Shown: positions 49,261 through 61,847, counted from the stretch's first letter. The stretch: 64,000 bases of DNA from Bispira polyomma (GCA_965649765.1 OZ287748.1:36952001-37016000); one strand, 5' to 3'. Notes: generated by a model from the letters alone, not told the origin. Translations and numbers: made by a program.

Positions 49261-52200
49261 CATAGATACCTCATATATTCACACATTGAGTATGCGGTTG
49301 AAATACACAGAAATATGGAATTATAAATAAGGATAGTTATTCTATATGTCATATAATAAATATATATATAAGCAAGCTGACAAATAAAGAGACACAAATA
49401 TATAACAGAAACCTTCAGATTAACCAAGTCTTTTTCCCTCTATAAATACATTAATGGCTTCATTTAAGGTAATGGTACTTATTAATGGAGTGATTTCGTC
49501 AAAAGGTTTGTGTACAGAGTGTGGACAAGCACCCTAATTATTGTAATCTCCACTTTATCCAAATGTATATTGCATTAATCCTGGCCTTGCTGGGAACTGG
49601 GAACAATGGCAAAAATTAAATATTGAAATACACAACAAAAACAATGACACACTACTCAGACAAAAAGCATTTTGTCATAAGAAACTACAGTTAGATGTGG
49701 GTCACATTGTCAATGAAAGTACTTTTAAAGATAAAAAAAAAAAATACATTTTTTTTTTCATCAATAATAAAAAGGCCAAAGTACAAACACAAAAAGAAAA
49801 AATCTAACTTTCTGAAAGGAACCAGATAAAATCCACCTCATATATCAAATTCCTTTGTTAGAGATTGTTTTCATTGCAGCAATTCTGCTACAAAACAGTG
49901 GCATTATTTAATATACCAATACATCCCTTTATCTAACACAGCTCGCTAATAAAATTTTGTCAGCTCTGACGTATTCGTTGGTTATTAATAGTTGTATGGC
50001 TATAATCTGCCGGGGCGAGACACCACTGTGATACATGGGATTGTTTTTTTTTTGTAGATAAGGTATACACAGCTCATCTTGTTTAGCAGTTTGTACATAT
50101 TGACTGCTAAACAAGATAATTATTCTTAATCGGAACTTAGTTCGGCTTTTATGTCGCTTTAACTGCTTAGGTCATATCACAAGATATCATTTAGACCAAC
50201 TTACGGTAAGTACCTGACAAACTTCACCACATCAAGGAATGAACAGGATTTGTACCCACATTGTTGCTGTCCCCTATGTTATGAAATAGTCTCCCTGTTG
50301 GGCTTAGCCCACTTAAAACAATTTCTGGTTTTGAGGAAAAAGCTTAAACTATCTTTTAAAACTAGCCTACCCCTTTAATTTCCGCCATCTACACCCCTAC
50401 ATCCGTCCTTACGACCTTAGCTATGTTTATGGACTTCCTTATTGGTTATCTGATTCTGTTGTTGCGCTTTAGAAAATTCCTCGCATCAGTAAGACATGTT
50501 AAAAACCACTTTGACTAAGGGACCATAATCTTAAGATCAAAGCAAGATTTCTATACTTAATTATTAGATCTATGGGGGTAGTGAACACCAAGGTAAACGT
50601 GAAAGCTATCCGAACGTTTAATGACCGTTTAATGACCAATGTTATTGCATTAATGTTTTGTATATAGGTCAAGCTTGTTAGGAGTAAAAATTAGAAATGT
50701 ATTGAAAAATATAGGTTTATCACTTGGCAAAATTGAATGAACATCTGAGTTGGTATTCTAGAAATAAACTCATGCTTAAACTCACATTTAACTCACATAT
50801 AGGCTGTGTGGCAATCATTGCACATGAAAATAACTTGTGACCATTCATTTTAATAGAGCTTTCAGCACTGAATTTAAATATGCAGTCAGAAATATGGTTA
50901 CTGTATCCAGAGTTACAGAGAATGCAGATTTGAGTTGAGTATGTGCTGACTATACGTTCGAGAATACAAGCCCTTAACCAATAAAATGGAGAAAAATCTA
51001 CAACTTAGGAGTCAAACTTAAACCCCAACAAAATAGTTTATGACAAAATGAATAACAGGGTGAATTACATTTAGACCAAACATTGTTGATTTGCTATGGG
51101 CGACATATACATTAACAGGAAGGCAATTCAGGGCAAGACCCAATATATGAGACGTGATGTGATACTGTGAAATCAACTTCAAAAGGATCAGGCTTTGGGT
51201 GTATATGGTGGCCCTTTGTAAACACTTGTGTTACATTTGCAAATATATTGGAAAACATATTGTGTTAATTATGTGATACATTTAAGCTCTGTTAAAAATT
51301 GTGCATTAGAGATGGGGCCAAAATTTGTATTTTTATTTTTGAAGTTCCTTGTTAATGCTAGGCATCTTCTAAAGCACAACATCAGAATGAGTAAACCAAT
51401 AGAGAAGTCATATTACTTTGGTATGGAGGGCTCTAGGATCAATATTCACTGTTGGTCTTCAGATTGTATCATTAGGCAATCTTATTAGTAGAAGATATCT
51501 AAATTGGTGACTAGCCACTAATGGGCGTTAGTTTGTACCTTTGTATGGTGGTATATATAGCTGTAATTGGGACCTCAGAAAGAAAAATTCGTGGACAAAG
51601 TAACAGGGCCAGTATTTCTGAAATGTCTGCAACTTAAACTCACAAGAATCTCAAATGCCTTACTGTGTATTTATGGACAATCTAATCGAATCTAATCAAT
51701 TCCATAATTGCGCTTATGTCAGGAGGGATAAGCCAGTGCAAATCTTTTAGAACAGGAGATATGTGGGAATACTCTGAGGTATTTGTGACGATACTAGCTA
51801 GAGTATTCTATATTGCCTGAAGGCAAGAAATGTCCTTGGCAGACAAACTGAGTTATGGGAATGAGTTACAATGGTCAATGTGACTGCTCACAAGTGCATT
51901 AGAAATAGCAGGCAATAGGCACAACATCGATACCTAACATATGACTGTATATTAGAGTTTATCAATGAAAGCTAAACATGGATGGTAACCTGACTATCAA
52001 CAAAAAATATATATAGTTGTGGGTTTTTGAGTTTAAGCTCAATCTTAAGACTTTTAATAAGGTACAGAATGAGTAGCTTTGTTGAGAAATGTAGACTAGA
52101 TGGATAAACTAGCAATATTAATGACATATCGCCTGGGTATGTGAATTGTATAGTAGGATGGAAACCCATATAAAAGGTGACATCAGACTATATAAACCAA

Positions 52201-52640
52201 TATTTACATTTCCACTTTGGCCCCCACAGGTTCCCGTAGACAGCTCAAATCTCATTTTCAAGTTTACCGTGCTGATAGACCTGTGAACGTCACTGCAGAC
52301 CTTAAGTCCGCATGGCATTTCAGGCGCTAAAAAGTAGAAGTTTACTGTAAGATTATTTGTATACCAACCTAAAGCCAATCAGATGGCAGATTAAGACCAA
52401 TTAAATACTTGGATTCCTGGGCGTTTTCCTGCCTTTCCTATTATGTTAGCATTATAAAATTTGAAAGCAACGAGACAACCAGTAAAACATTTGAAGAAAA
52501 GGAAGCCATATTGGATTTTATGAAATATTTTACAAACACAAGTGATTTTAGTGTGTTTACATAAGGTTTTTAATTTTTCTGTTATAGAATAAGATTTTAT
52601 GATATATATTTTACATTATACGTACCATTAACTGTGAGTT

Positions 52641-53972
52641 ATGGGTTGTGGAAAGAAAAGAAACACAACAGATACGGCTTTGTGCTCAAGGTGTGCTATT
52701 GTACACAAACGCCCCGTCGGAATCAGATGTAAGCTGAATACTGGAGAAATCGTCTTACACAGTACTGTGAGTATGGTTGATGAAGATACTTCCCCCGTAG
52801 TAGACTCTCGAGAGAGGGCAGATACACAAAGTGACATAGATTTCTATCGAGAAGGCTATGAAAGGCAGCAATCCATGATGGAAATGCTAGTAAAAACAGT
52901 TTCAAAATTGCAAGAGGAAGTCTCTAGCCTTAAAAACGACACATCTAATGTACACAAACAACCAGTCGCAGTCGAACCGAACCCCAGGAGTGAACTTCGG
53001 ACAGCTCCAGACATCTGTCACCAACACCCCATACCAGCACCGAGACCTGGAGCGAACGCCACAACTACAGTACCTCGCCATAATAACCCATTTTTACCTA
53101 CATCTAACACGTCAGAAGGACTAGGTCAGGGACGCGTTTGCGACATGTACGTTGCTCCTACACAGTCAGTTCAAGGTAATCATCAGTGCTCGTGTAGTGC
53201 AAACATACCAGTACAACAACCAATAGGAGACACCTTTCCACAATGTGCTCTACAAGACAGCATCATCCCCAGCACAGAAGTTTTAAAACAATCGTCGATT
53301 ATACAAAACGAAGTCAGCCAAAGGTTAGCACAGTATGGAACTTGGGCGAACGACGAAACTTTCCAAGTTAAGCTGCTTTCTGCAAAACGTAAATCAGGCC
53401 GGTTTAACGTCTCTGAAATTTGCACCACTGATCCGTCGCTAAGGTGGCCAAATGAGGGATGTCTCGCTGGAGTCAGTAAGAAACGTGTGTCTTATGACGA
53501 ATTAACAGTGGCACAATTCGCAGCCGGACAACTTCAGAATGCTTTAGAAGTGAAAAACCCAGTAACTTTCAGAGCTATGCTAAAGCACCTCGCTGATACC
53601 TTAAAAGATGCTGCTAATATTTCTTGGCAAGTAGCACGCGGTGCATACGCTTCAAATATGCACGATATTGAAGAGGGTCGCCTAACTTGGACTGAAGATA
53701 CCAGATGGACAATGAATCGTCTATCCTACTCTCAAGCGCTACTATCGAACGTCTCCACGTCTGACGTCACTTCGTCTACAAAGAAACTAGAACTCCCCTG
53801 TAAGCATTTCCAGAAAGGCCAATGCCAACACAAAGGAGACCATGAAGGGGTGACAGCAACCTTCAAACACGCTTGTGCGAATTGTTTTAAGGTCAACAAG
53901 AGGTTCAATCCTCACCCTGAAAGTAAATGTTATAAGCTACATGGAAAGCCAGGAACAACGACTGCTCAATAG
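52641..53972 (+). CDS. Ngaro element 2 gag-like ORF1 (open, 443 aa)
   Basis: N-terminal CSRCAIVHKRPVGIRC, core KSGRFN..DPSLRWPNEGCL..YDELT..QF.AGQ, C-terminal CKHFQKGQC.H..DH...HACANC...HPESKC. Confidence 0.92.
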   Translation: MGCGKKRNTTDTALCSRCAIVHKRPVGIRCKLNTGEIVLHSTVSMVDEDTSPVVDSRERADTQSDIDFYREGYERQQSMMEMLVKTVSKLQEEVSSLKNDTSNVHKQPVAVEPNPRSELRTAPDICHQHPIPAPRPGANATTTVPRHNNPFLPTSNTSEGLGQGRVCDMYVAPTQSVQGNHQCSCSANIPVQQPIGDTFPQCALQDSIIPSTEVLKQSSIIQNEVSQRLAQYGTWANDETFQVKLLSAKRKSGRFNVSEICTTDPSLRWPNEGCLAGVSKKRVSYDELTVAQFAAGQLQNALEVKNPVTFRAMLKHLADTLKDAANISWQVARGAYASNMHDIEEGRLTWTEDTRWTMNRLSYSQALLSNVSTSDVTSSTKKLELPCKHFQKGQCQHKGDHEGVTATFKHACANCFKVNKRFNPHPESKCYKLHGKPGTTTAQ

Positions 53973-56579
53973 GACATCCAGCTAACATCAGCCAGCACCA
54001 CCAGGGTCGATACGTCAGTGTATAATAGTGAAAGGTAGAGTTCAAAAATTAACACAGCATATGACAATGAAATTCACAAAAAGTTAAGGACGAACAATGA
54101 GAACCATTTTTATTCATGTGATAATGTAATAACAGTGAAATATAATGACAATGAAAGTAGCAGTGTTAATGAAGCTACTTTTAACTCAGATAATTCTGAG
54201 ATAATGACTGAGATTGACAATGAACTTAAAGATAGTAAACAGTTTTCTAACATTGATATCTACATGACCAGTGGACAGCCACACAGTATCATGGAACCAT
54301 TGTATTATATTGTATGTCAAAGTGATGCATGTTTTTCAGGAGTTTATAACTTAACATATAAGGACGACCAACAGAATTTTAACATGACAAATAAGAAACT
54401 TCAAGACATATGGCCAGTCACATATGTTACCACCATTAGAACTGAGATTATTACAAAGACCACTGTTATAAAGAATAACAGTTTCAAAAGACAACAGTTT
54501 ACAAACACAAATAGAAACACACACACAAGAACAAAAATGAGTAATACTGATTATAACAAAAATGAGTCATACTGATTATTACTTAAATATCATTGATAAA
54601 ATATGTCAACAGCAGACAAATAAACACACACACAAACATACACAAAAGAAAGAAATAATACATAAAAAACTTCTATCACAACATTATGATTTAGAACAAA
54701 AATCACACAAAAACGAGGACTTTATAACAAAACAGGACAACATCGCCATACAGGACTCCAATAAGGAACCAGACTTCAAAGGACTGACATACTTGGAAAC
54801 AGTGTTAGAAAATGAAGACTATTATAAAAAGGACAATAAGGAAAGGGCTTATGGTTTTGTTCCTTGTAGCTTTAAAGACTTCCAATTCATAGGACCAACC
54901 AGACAGGGTGTGAACATAAATTCTTATGAAAAATTGGTCGACATAGCTGAAACTATTAAGAGAACAAAACAACCAAACTACAAGGTATCACGAATCCCAA
55001 TTGAATGTAATCTAAATATAGACAATTGGAAGAAACATTTAAGAGATTACCCAAATCAAATCTTACTACAATATTTGGAATTTGGTTTCCCTATTTCAAT
55101 ATACGAGAGAGACAGAATAAAACAAAAATATCTCAAAAATCATTATTCAGCAAAAATCTTTCCTAAAGAAATTGATAAATATTTTTTGACAGAAATTACA
55201 AAAGGTACTATTATAGAAGCAAATAATGAACATTTACATGAAGACCTACATTGTTCACCTCTACTGACCAGACCTAAGGACACTGACCAAAGGAGACTAA
55301 TTTTAGACCTGTCATACCCAAAGAGGCATTCAGTGAATGATTGTACAGTAAAGACTGAATATGACGGTGTCAGATTTGACTTAAGATTACCCACCATCGA
55401 CATGATCACTACTCACATTAAAAATTTAGGTGATACAGCTACCATAGCAAAGGTGGACGTTGAGCATGCGTTTAGAAATTTAAGAATGGATCCATTTGAT
55501 TGTTTAAAATTAGATTATTTTTCGAAAGACAGACACTACATAGATTGAAGCCTAACTTTTGGATTAACTCATGGCACTACCATTTTTATGATGGCATCAG
55601 ACGCAATAAGATTCATTATGAAACAAAAAGATTTTACAGTCTTTAACTACATAGACGATTTTGTTATTATAGAAAATGAAAACACAGCAGATTTAGCATA
55701 CATTATGTTACAACAACTTCTAAATGACCTAGGTTTACCCATCAACAAAAAGAAACTTGTGCTACCCAGCAAACGGGTTACCTGCATGGGTATAACCATT
55801 GATATCAATGAAGAAACATTGAGTATAGATCAAGATAAATTGGTTTCAATAAAAAAGAATGTATCACCTTTGAAAATCTAACCAAAGTACCCAAATACAA
55901 GTATCAGTCCCTCTTGGGTAAACTCCTCTATGTACACAGATGTGTGAAACCAGCTAGGATATTCATGAATCGCATGCTATCTTTGTTAAGGAATTCAAAA
56001 AGTAGTGCAAAAATTCATTTGGATAGTAATTTTAAGAAGGACTTACAGTGGTTCATTAAATTCCTGCTAAAATTTAATGGAACGACTAAATACAGCTTCA
56101 AAAACAAAACCCATGAAGTACTCTTTCAGGTAGACGCTTGCTTAACAGGTATTGGTGGAGTATCTGGAAACAAAGCATTTAAGACAGCACTACCAATATT
56201 TTTGACTCAAACCCTAACTATAGTACATTTTGAAATGGTAAGTGTACTAATAGCACTAAAACTGTGATCACCCGAATGGAAAAACGAAAAGATAAAAGTT
56301 TTATCAGACAATATGGCAGTGGTGGCTGTTGTTAGCTCATCCAGGACACGAGACGAATTGTTAGGACTATGTTTAAGGAATATATGGCTGTTGTGTGCTC
56401 ACCAAAATATTGACTTAATGATAGAGCATATCCCTGGAAAGGATAACACAATAGCCGACACACTATCTGGGTGGTACGAACCAGGACATTATGGATAGTA
56501 TAAGGAAAACTTACTATTAGGTAACTTGGACATTAAAGACATACCAGTTGACATGTTTATAATGGACACAGAAATATAA
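53973..56579 (+). pseudogene. Ngaro element 2 pol (N-terminal extension, RT, RNase H), disrupted
   Basis: HCSPLLTRPK, RLILDLS, KVDVEHAFRNL, FNYIDDF, QVDACLTGIGG, SDNMAVV, HIPGKDNTIADTLS; multiple stops and frameshifts. Confidence 0.92.
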
Positions 56580-56590
56580 TATATTTTCAG

Positions 56591-57168
56591 ATACACCAGC
56601 TATAGCTAGACGTCTAGTACAGACAGCAGGAGAAAGGATACGACAAAGCCTTAGACCACGTACGACAAGATTATATGACAATCAATTTAGATTATTCTTG
56701 AGTTTCACCATATATTATGATTTTAAGGACACTTTTGGCTATACCAGCATAATAGCCTTCCTTGAATTCCTGACACAAACTGGAATTTGTTATCAAGTGA
56801 TAAATAACTACCTTTCAGCCCTCAGACACAACTGTAAAGTTTTCAACATACACCAAACTGGCCTATATGACCAAAGGTTATCATTATATTTGAGGTCACT
56901 ACAACTCACCTCAAACTTTACACCAAAGGTCAAAGGTGTCTTTGATTTACATCAATTACAACAGATTTCAAAAAATTGTAACTCGTTACACTTTCCTGAG
57001 CTGTTCAGGACAGCATTTCTTTTTGCATTCTTTGGTTTCTCAAGAATTTCAAACCTAACAACTACCTCTGGTGTAGATTTTGACCAAACTCGACACATAA
57101 CAAGGTCAGATATAATTATAATACACCTGATATTGAAATGGTCGAAAACCAACCAAAGTAGAAATACA
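56591..57168 (+). pseudogene. Ngaro element 2 tyrosine recombinase, 5' part
   Basis: LRPRTT..YDNQF, NNYLSAL, FAFFGFSRISNL, LILKWSKTNQSRNT, then interrupted. Confidence 0.92.
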
Positions 57169-57215
57169 ACAGAGTTAATACTTGGTGTGAGAGAAATTTG
57201 TTTAATAGTCAAATT

Positions 57216-57284
57216 GCCTGATATATAGCTATTATGTTGTATATATTTCGACCTGAGGTATTGGTCAAAGGTCTCTTCAGAGGC
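57216..57284 (-). ncRNA. Type I hammerhead ribozyme
   Basis: Minus strand: GCCU-CUGAAGA-GACCU(14-nt loop)AGGUC-GAAA-UAUAUA(12-nt loop)UAUAUA-UC^AGGC. Full catalytic core, stems I-III, AUC cleavage triplet; predicted cut between 57220 and 57219. Confidence 0.9.
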
Positions 57285-58765
57285 TGATGTGATATTTAGG
57301 ATTTTTGTCCATTAGGTACAAAAACCTGCACCGTTGGGCACCGCCCATATAGGTGCAGAGGTGCAGAAGGTGCTAGGCGGTGCAGTAGGTGCCAGGCGGT
57401 GCAGGGTTTATTTGATTGGAAAAAACAGAAAAAAGTTCTTTCCTGTTTAAGGGGTGACCTTTTTGAGTGTCATGATGATTAATGGTTATGTACAAAATAG
57501 GTCTGTTTCCATGGCAACACTCATATTGCATTCAAACCTATAGCCCTCATAATGACTTATGTGGGTTGGGTGTGTTGAAATGGTAAACAGATGCTGGTGA
57601 GCACATTCCAGGTAAATCAATTAAGTCAGAAATAATGCCATACTCTTTCTAGTGGGTAAAGCTATGTGGGTGCAAGTGACAGGGGGTGGTGGCCAGGTCA
57701 GAAAATCCATGTTGGGCATAATATGGTATCCCCATTGGTTGCTGTTATAGCCTGGTTTTATGTTAGATTTTACCATGAGATCACACCTTCTTATACTTGA
57801 ATAAGGAGGCAAAAAAATCCATAATTAGGTAACTGTGATTACACTTATTTTGGTGGATAAGTGGGTCAGGCTAGAAGGTATAATTCCAGATATATCAAAA
57901 AATGTACTCAAAATTCGTATATGTACTGTGTGTACTTTTACGAATTATGAGTTGTATAGTTTGAATAATGATAAACTGAATCATATCTTAAAAAGACCTA
58001 TTGAGAATTAGGACAATAGGTGAGTACTGTGTGGGTTGATACACATCAGGGGGCCAGAAAAACACATAAAAATACTCAATGCATTTTTTAATTAGTATAT
58101 AATTAATGATTATAAACTGAAATGTACAAGAAATTGGAAATTTCTCTATCCCGGATAATTATCTAGTTCTGATAATTAAAACGAATAATAATATTAAAGC
58201 AAATATGTTGTAGAGTAATGTCACTTTGTTGATATTACAAGAATATATTTAAATCATATATATATACACATATGTATATATATATATATAAATAAAACAA
58301 ACTTACACCACTGGGTGAAGAAAATAATTGAATATTCAGGTGAGTTATTTATTTTAATAACTGGTATCCAGGAGGCTGTCAAAGTTGATGTTGCTAATGC
58401 TGGCCATAATATCATCTGGTGGGGATAAGTTCATCAGAATTTCATGAAATGATTCTGAGAGATAATCATACTGGGAGGACTGTAGTGGGTCCTCAGACTG
58501 TAGTGAACCTTAGTGGTGTTGGAGGTAACAGACGGTGGAGATGTCACTGACTCAGAGTACGGAGTAAGTGGTGGTGAGGAGCTGATCAATATGTTGCAAG
58601 CCTCAATGAATGATCCATCAGATCCTGATGAGGAAGTGAAATAGCTGTCAATAGTGGGAGTCCTGGGTGTTGAGGTGGGGGTGGTGTCCCAGCTGTTGTT
58701 CAATGCTATTCTGTTATCTTCCAGAATCATCATGTCAGTGTTAGTGGTACTGTCACTAACACTGC

Positions 58766-59524
58766 TACTCCAAACAGAACCTCACCAAACATTATAAAAG
58801 GGCATCTCAATTCACCCAAGATGAACTCCTACAAAAAACCACCAAACCAGTGACGGACAACCCTGTCATGGTAACTCAGTACAACCCAAATAACCCCAAC
58901 ATCAGGGAAATAATCAACAAAAACTGGAACATCATCCAGAATACTGATGGCCTTGCCAATATCTTCACTGAACCTCCCATAATAGGTCACAGGAGATTAC
59001 CAAACCTCAGGGACCAATTATCAAGTTCTAAGATTTGCTACCCTCCAGTAAACAGTACAACTATTAAAACTATACCCACAGTTTGTACAAGACTTGGAAA
59101 ATGTACTTATTGTCCACTCATAAAAAAAGTGGATCATATCATCAGCCATCACACCACTAAGCAGTTCGAATGCATATCTATTCCACCTAATCCCAAACTT
59201 ACTTGTGAACTCAAGAATGTCATTTATGTAATCACATGCCAAAAATGTGGATTACAGTACATAGGGGAGACTAAAAGACCCCTTAGAAACAGAATGTATG
59301 AACATAGAGCAAGTGTCACTAAACCTGGTCAGAATAAACTGACCCCAGTGTCCAGACATTACAGTACTAACCAACATACTGTTAGAGACATGGAGTTTAG
59401 TGTACTGCAATGGCTAGGCCACACAGAAGACCCAAATAGTACACAGAAACGCAAACGACAGGAAATGTACTATATTTGGGCCTTCCCTACTATTGCACCA
59501 ACAGGCATTAACCTACATGTTTAG
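58766..59524 (+). CDS. Penelope-like RT thumb/linker plus GIY-YIG endonuclease (C-terminal fragment)
   Basis: YSKQNL..YKRA, PVMVTQYNP, NKNWNII, PPIIGHRRLPNLRDQL, Cys linker CTRLGKCTYC, NVIYVITCQKCGLQYIGETKRPLRNRMYEHR, RKRQE..YI, PTGIN. Confidence 0.93.
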   Translation, partial: YSKQNLTKHYKRASQFTQDELLQKTTKPVTDNPVMVTQYNPNNPNIREIINKNWNIIQNTDGLANIFTEPPIIGHRRLPNLRDQLSSSKICYPPVNSTTIKTIPTVCTRLGKCTYCPLIKKVDHIISHHTTKQFECISIPPNPKLTCELKNVIYVITCQKCGLQYIGETKRPLRNRMYEHRASVTKPGQNKLTPVSRHYSTNQHTVRDMEFSVLQWLGHTEDPNSTQKRKRQEMYYIWAFPTIAPTGINLHV

Positions 59525-59593
59525 ATTTCAGCCCTCTACTGTATTAGTTGATACCCCTAATACCCCTTACATATTTATCAAAGTAGAAATACA

Positions 59594-59971
59594 CCTGATA
59601 TTATACAACTCCCAGAATTAAGCAACCCAGTTAAGACAGTTACACAGTTGTTTCAAAAATACCCACTGAAAGATACAGCCCCACTGTTGGCTGACCCAAC
59701 ACAACAATGCAAATGCCTCACAGATTCAAAACTAAGGCTTGCCCTTAAACACACACTTACATAGAGTCAAATACCACATGAAGATCACTCATTCCATTGT
59801 TTTAGAAGATCAGGTGCTTCACTAGCTTTTAATTCTAACATTAAGTTACAACACATACAAAAACATGGTTGTTGGAAATCTGATGCAGTTTGGTCATACC
59901 TTCAAGCTACCTCTCAGGCAGCTTCAATTATCCCTACCACCTTTGCTGCTATCATCCCCTCTAACTTTTAA
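59594..59971 (+). pseudogene. Ngaro element 2 tyrosine recombinase, 3' part
   Basis: Continues in frame after the TSD: PDIIQLPEL...HSFHCFRRSGASLAF...HGCWKSDAVWSYL...IIPSNF*; one internal TAG. Confidence 0.92.
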
Positions 59972-61218
59972 TTTGGCTTTGGCATTTTCTAAAACTTTTA
60001 ACCTTAAAAATTTTTGTATAGAGCTCTATATAGAAATTTTATTGATGACAATAAAATTTATCCCAAACTGCATCAAATTTATCAACTCAAGGTCACAATC
60101 ATAATTCCTAACCTGCAAGGTCATCACTTCTGACCTTGAAGGTCATATACCCACTTTTGAAAGCGACTGACACATAATCCTTGGGTAAAGGGATATTAGA
60201 CTATATAGCCCAACATTTACATTTATATATTGGCCCCCACGGGTTTCCGTAGTAAAGGCTAAACATCATTTTTAAGGTTGCAGTGCTGATAGACCCAACA
60301 TAATGATAAAAGGTGATATCAGACTATATAAACCAAGATTTACATTTATATATTGCCCCCACGGGTTTCCATAGTAAGGGCTAAACCTCATTTTCAAGGT
60401 TACAGTGCTGATAAACCTCACATAATCAAAGCTGATCACAGCCACACTGATGTAGTCAATCACCACTGATTGCTACTCCCACTATTATGAAACAAAATAC
60501 GACCAACTAACTCAGGGACTTGCAGAGAGAAAACCAACAGATAAAAAAAAATGACTTGAGCTGAAGATGTACATGGGACCTTGCTTTATGGAGTTTTATG
60601 ATGTTTTTGTTACTTTCCCAACCCAGTAATTATGGTATGTGGTCGGTATCTCCACATGTATATGAATAGTGTAATAATACTGGGCCAAACATTTGTTGTT
60701 TATCTTCAATTGAATTACAGGACAGAGATTGATAATTTTTTAAGTTGACATTATAAAAAAATAATAATACTGGAATATGCAAATGCTTAAAGTTCTGATA
60801 AATAAGCTGATGATAACTATGGAAACCCAACACTAAGGTTTAAAAAATACAGAAATGTAAGCCAATGTTAATTACAACCTATTACAGAATTTTAGACATG
60901 GAAGCTATAAACAACTGTCTTCAAATTTTGACTTGGTTTAGGTTTACATTATTATTGTCAGACTAAATAAACTGTCCATTTTGCTCAGATTCCTTACTGT
61001 CATGTTGACGACAGAAATCGAGAAAAAAGGACAGAATGGAATACAAAAGGAAAACATTGTCATTTACACACATTAATAATCATCCTGAAAATCTATTGTA
61101 AAAGAAAGGAATGGCTGCATTAACATCTTTATGTAATAGGATTCTTCCATGTATATTATATGACATCAACATATACACAAAGTTTAGATGGCTTTGTGGC
61201 CTTTGTTGCCCATTGTTG

Positions 61219-61847
61219 GCGCATGCACATATACCATCTCTTAGTAGAGGATATCTATAATTGTTTGCAATAATAAAGCATTTAAAGTTTATTTAATGCA
61301 AAACATCCTACATCATATGTTTAAAATTATTGCAACAAATTGTTTGGAGTAAACAAAATAATTTACGGTACGAAGGTACAAAAATTACCTCTGTTAGTAT
61401 CCTTGACATTTTATGATGGTCACATGATTACACACAAACATCTAAAATAGTGGACAAAATACCGAAAAATCAAAATAATTGTCACAAAAAATTAAAAGAA
61501 TGACAATCGACTCATCTATATCAATCTTTAATGCGCATGCACATATACCATCTCTTAGTAGAGGATATCTAAAATTGTTTGCAATAATAAAGCATTTAAA
61601 GTTTATTTAATACAAAACATCCTACATCATATATTTAAAATTATTGCAAAAAATTGTTTGGAGTAAACAAAATAATTTACGGTACGAATGTACAAAAATT
61701 ACCTCTGTTAGTATCCTTGACATTTTATGATGGTCACATGATTACACACAAACATCTAAAATAGTGGACAAAATACTGAAAAATCAAGAAAATTGTCACA
61801 AAAAATTAAAAGAATGACAATCGACTCATCTATATCAATCTTTAATG
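61219..61847. repeat. Recent 314-bp tandem duplication
   Basis: gcgcatgcacatataccatctc... starts at 61219 and 61533; the copies differ by only a few substitutions. Confidence 0.95.

Larger units (their letters stand above)
57169..59578 (-). mobile_element. Penelope-like retroelement (Neptune-like), 5'-truncated and 5'-inverted
   Basis: 15-bp TSD caaagtagaaataca at 57154-57168 and 59579-59593; minus-strand 3' segment with hammerhead (57169-~58764) joined to a plus-strand ORF C-terminus (~58766-59578). Confidence 0.9.
52168..60420 (+). mobile_element. Second, divergent Ngaro-type YR retrotransposon (interrupted by a Penelope-like element; 3' repeats incomplete)
   Basis: gag, RT/RH and YR colinear and homologous with element 1; ~115-bp terminal unit at 52168-52282 recurs at ~60190-60296 and ~60306-60418. 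Boundaries approximate. Confidence 0.9.

Noticed and set aside
58621-58655. CTGATGA...GAAA TAGCTGTC hammerhead-like core on +
   Set aside because: No stem I or stem II pairing.
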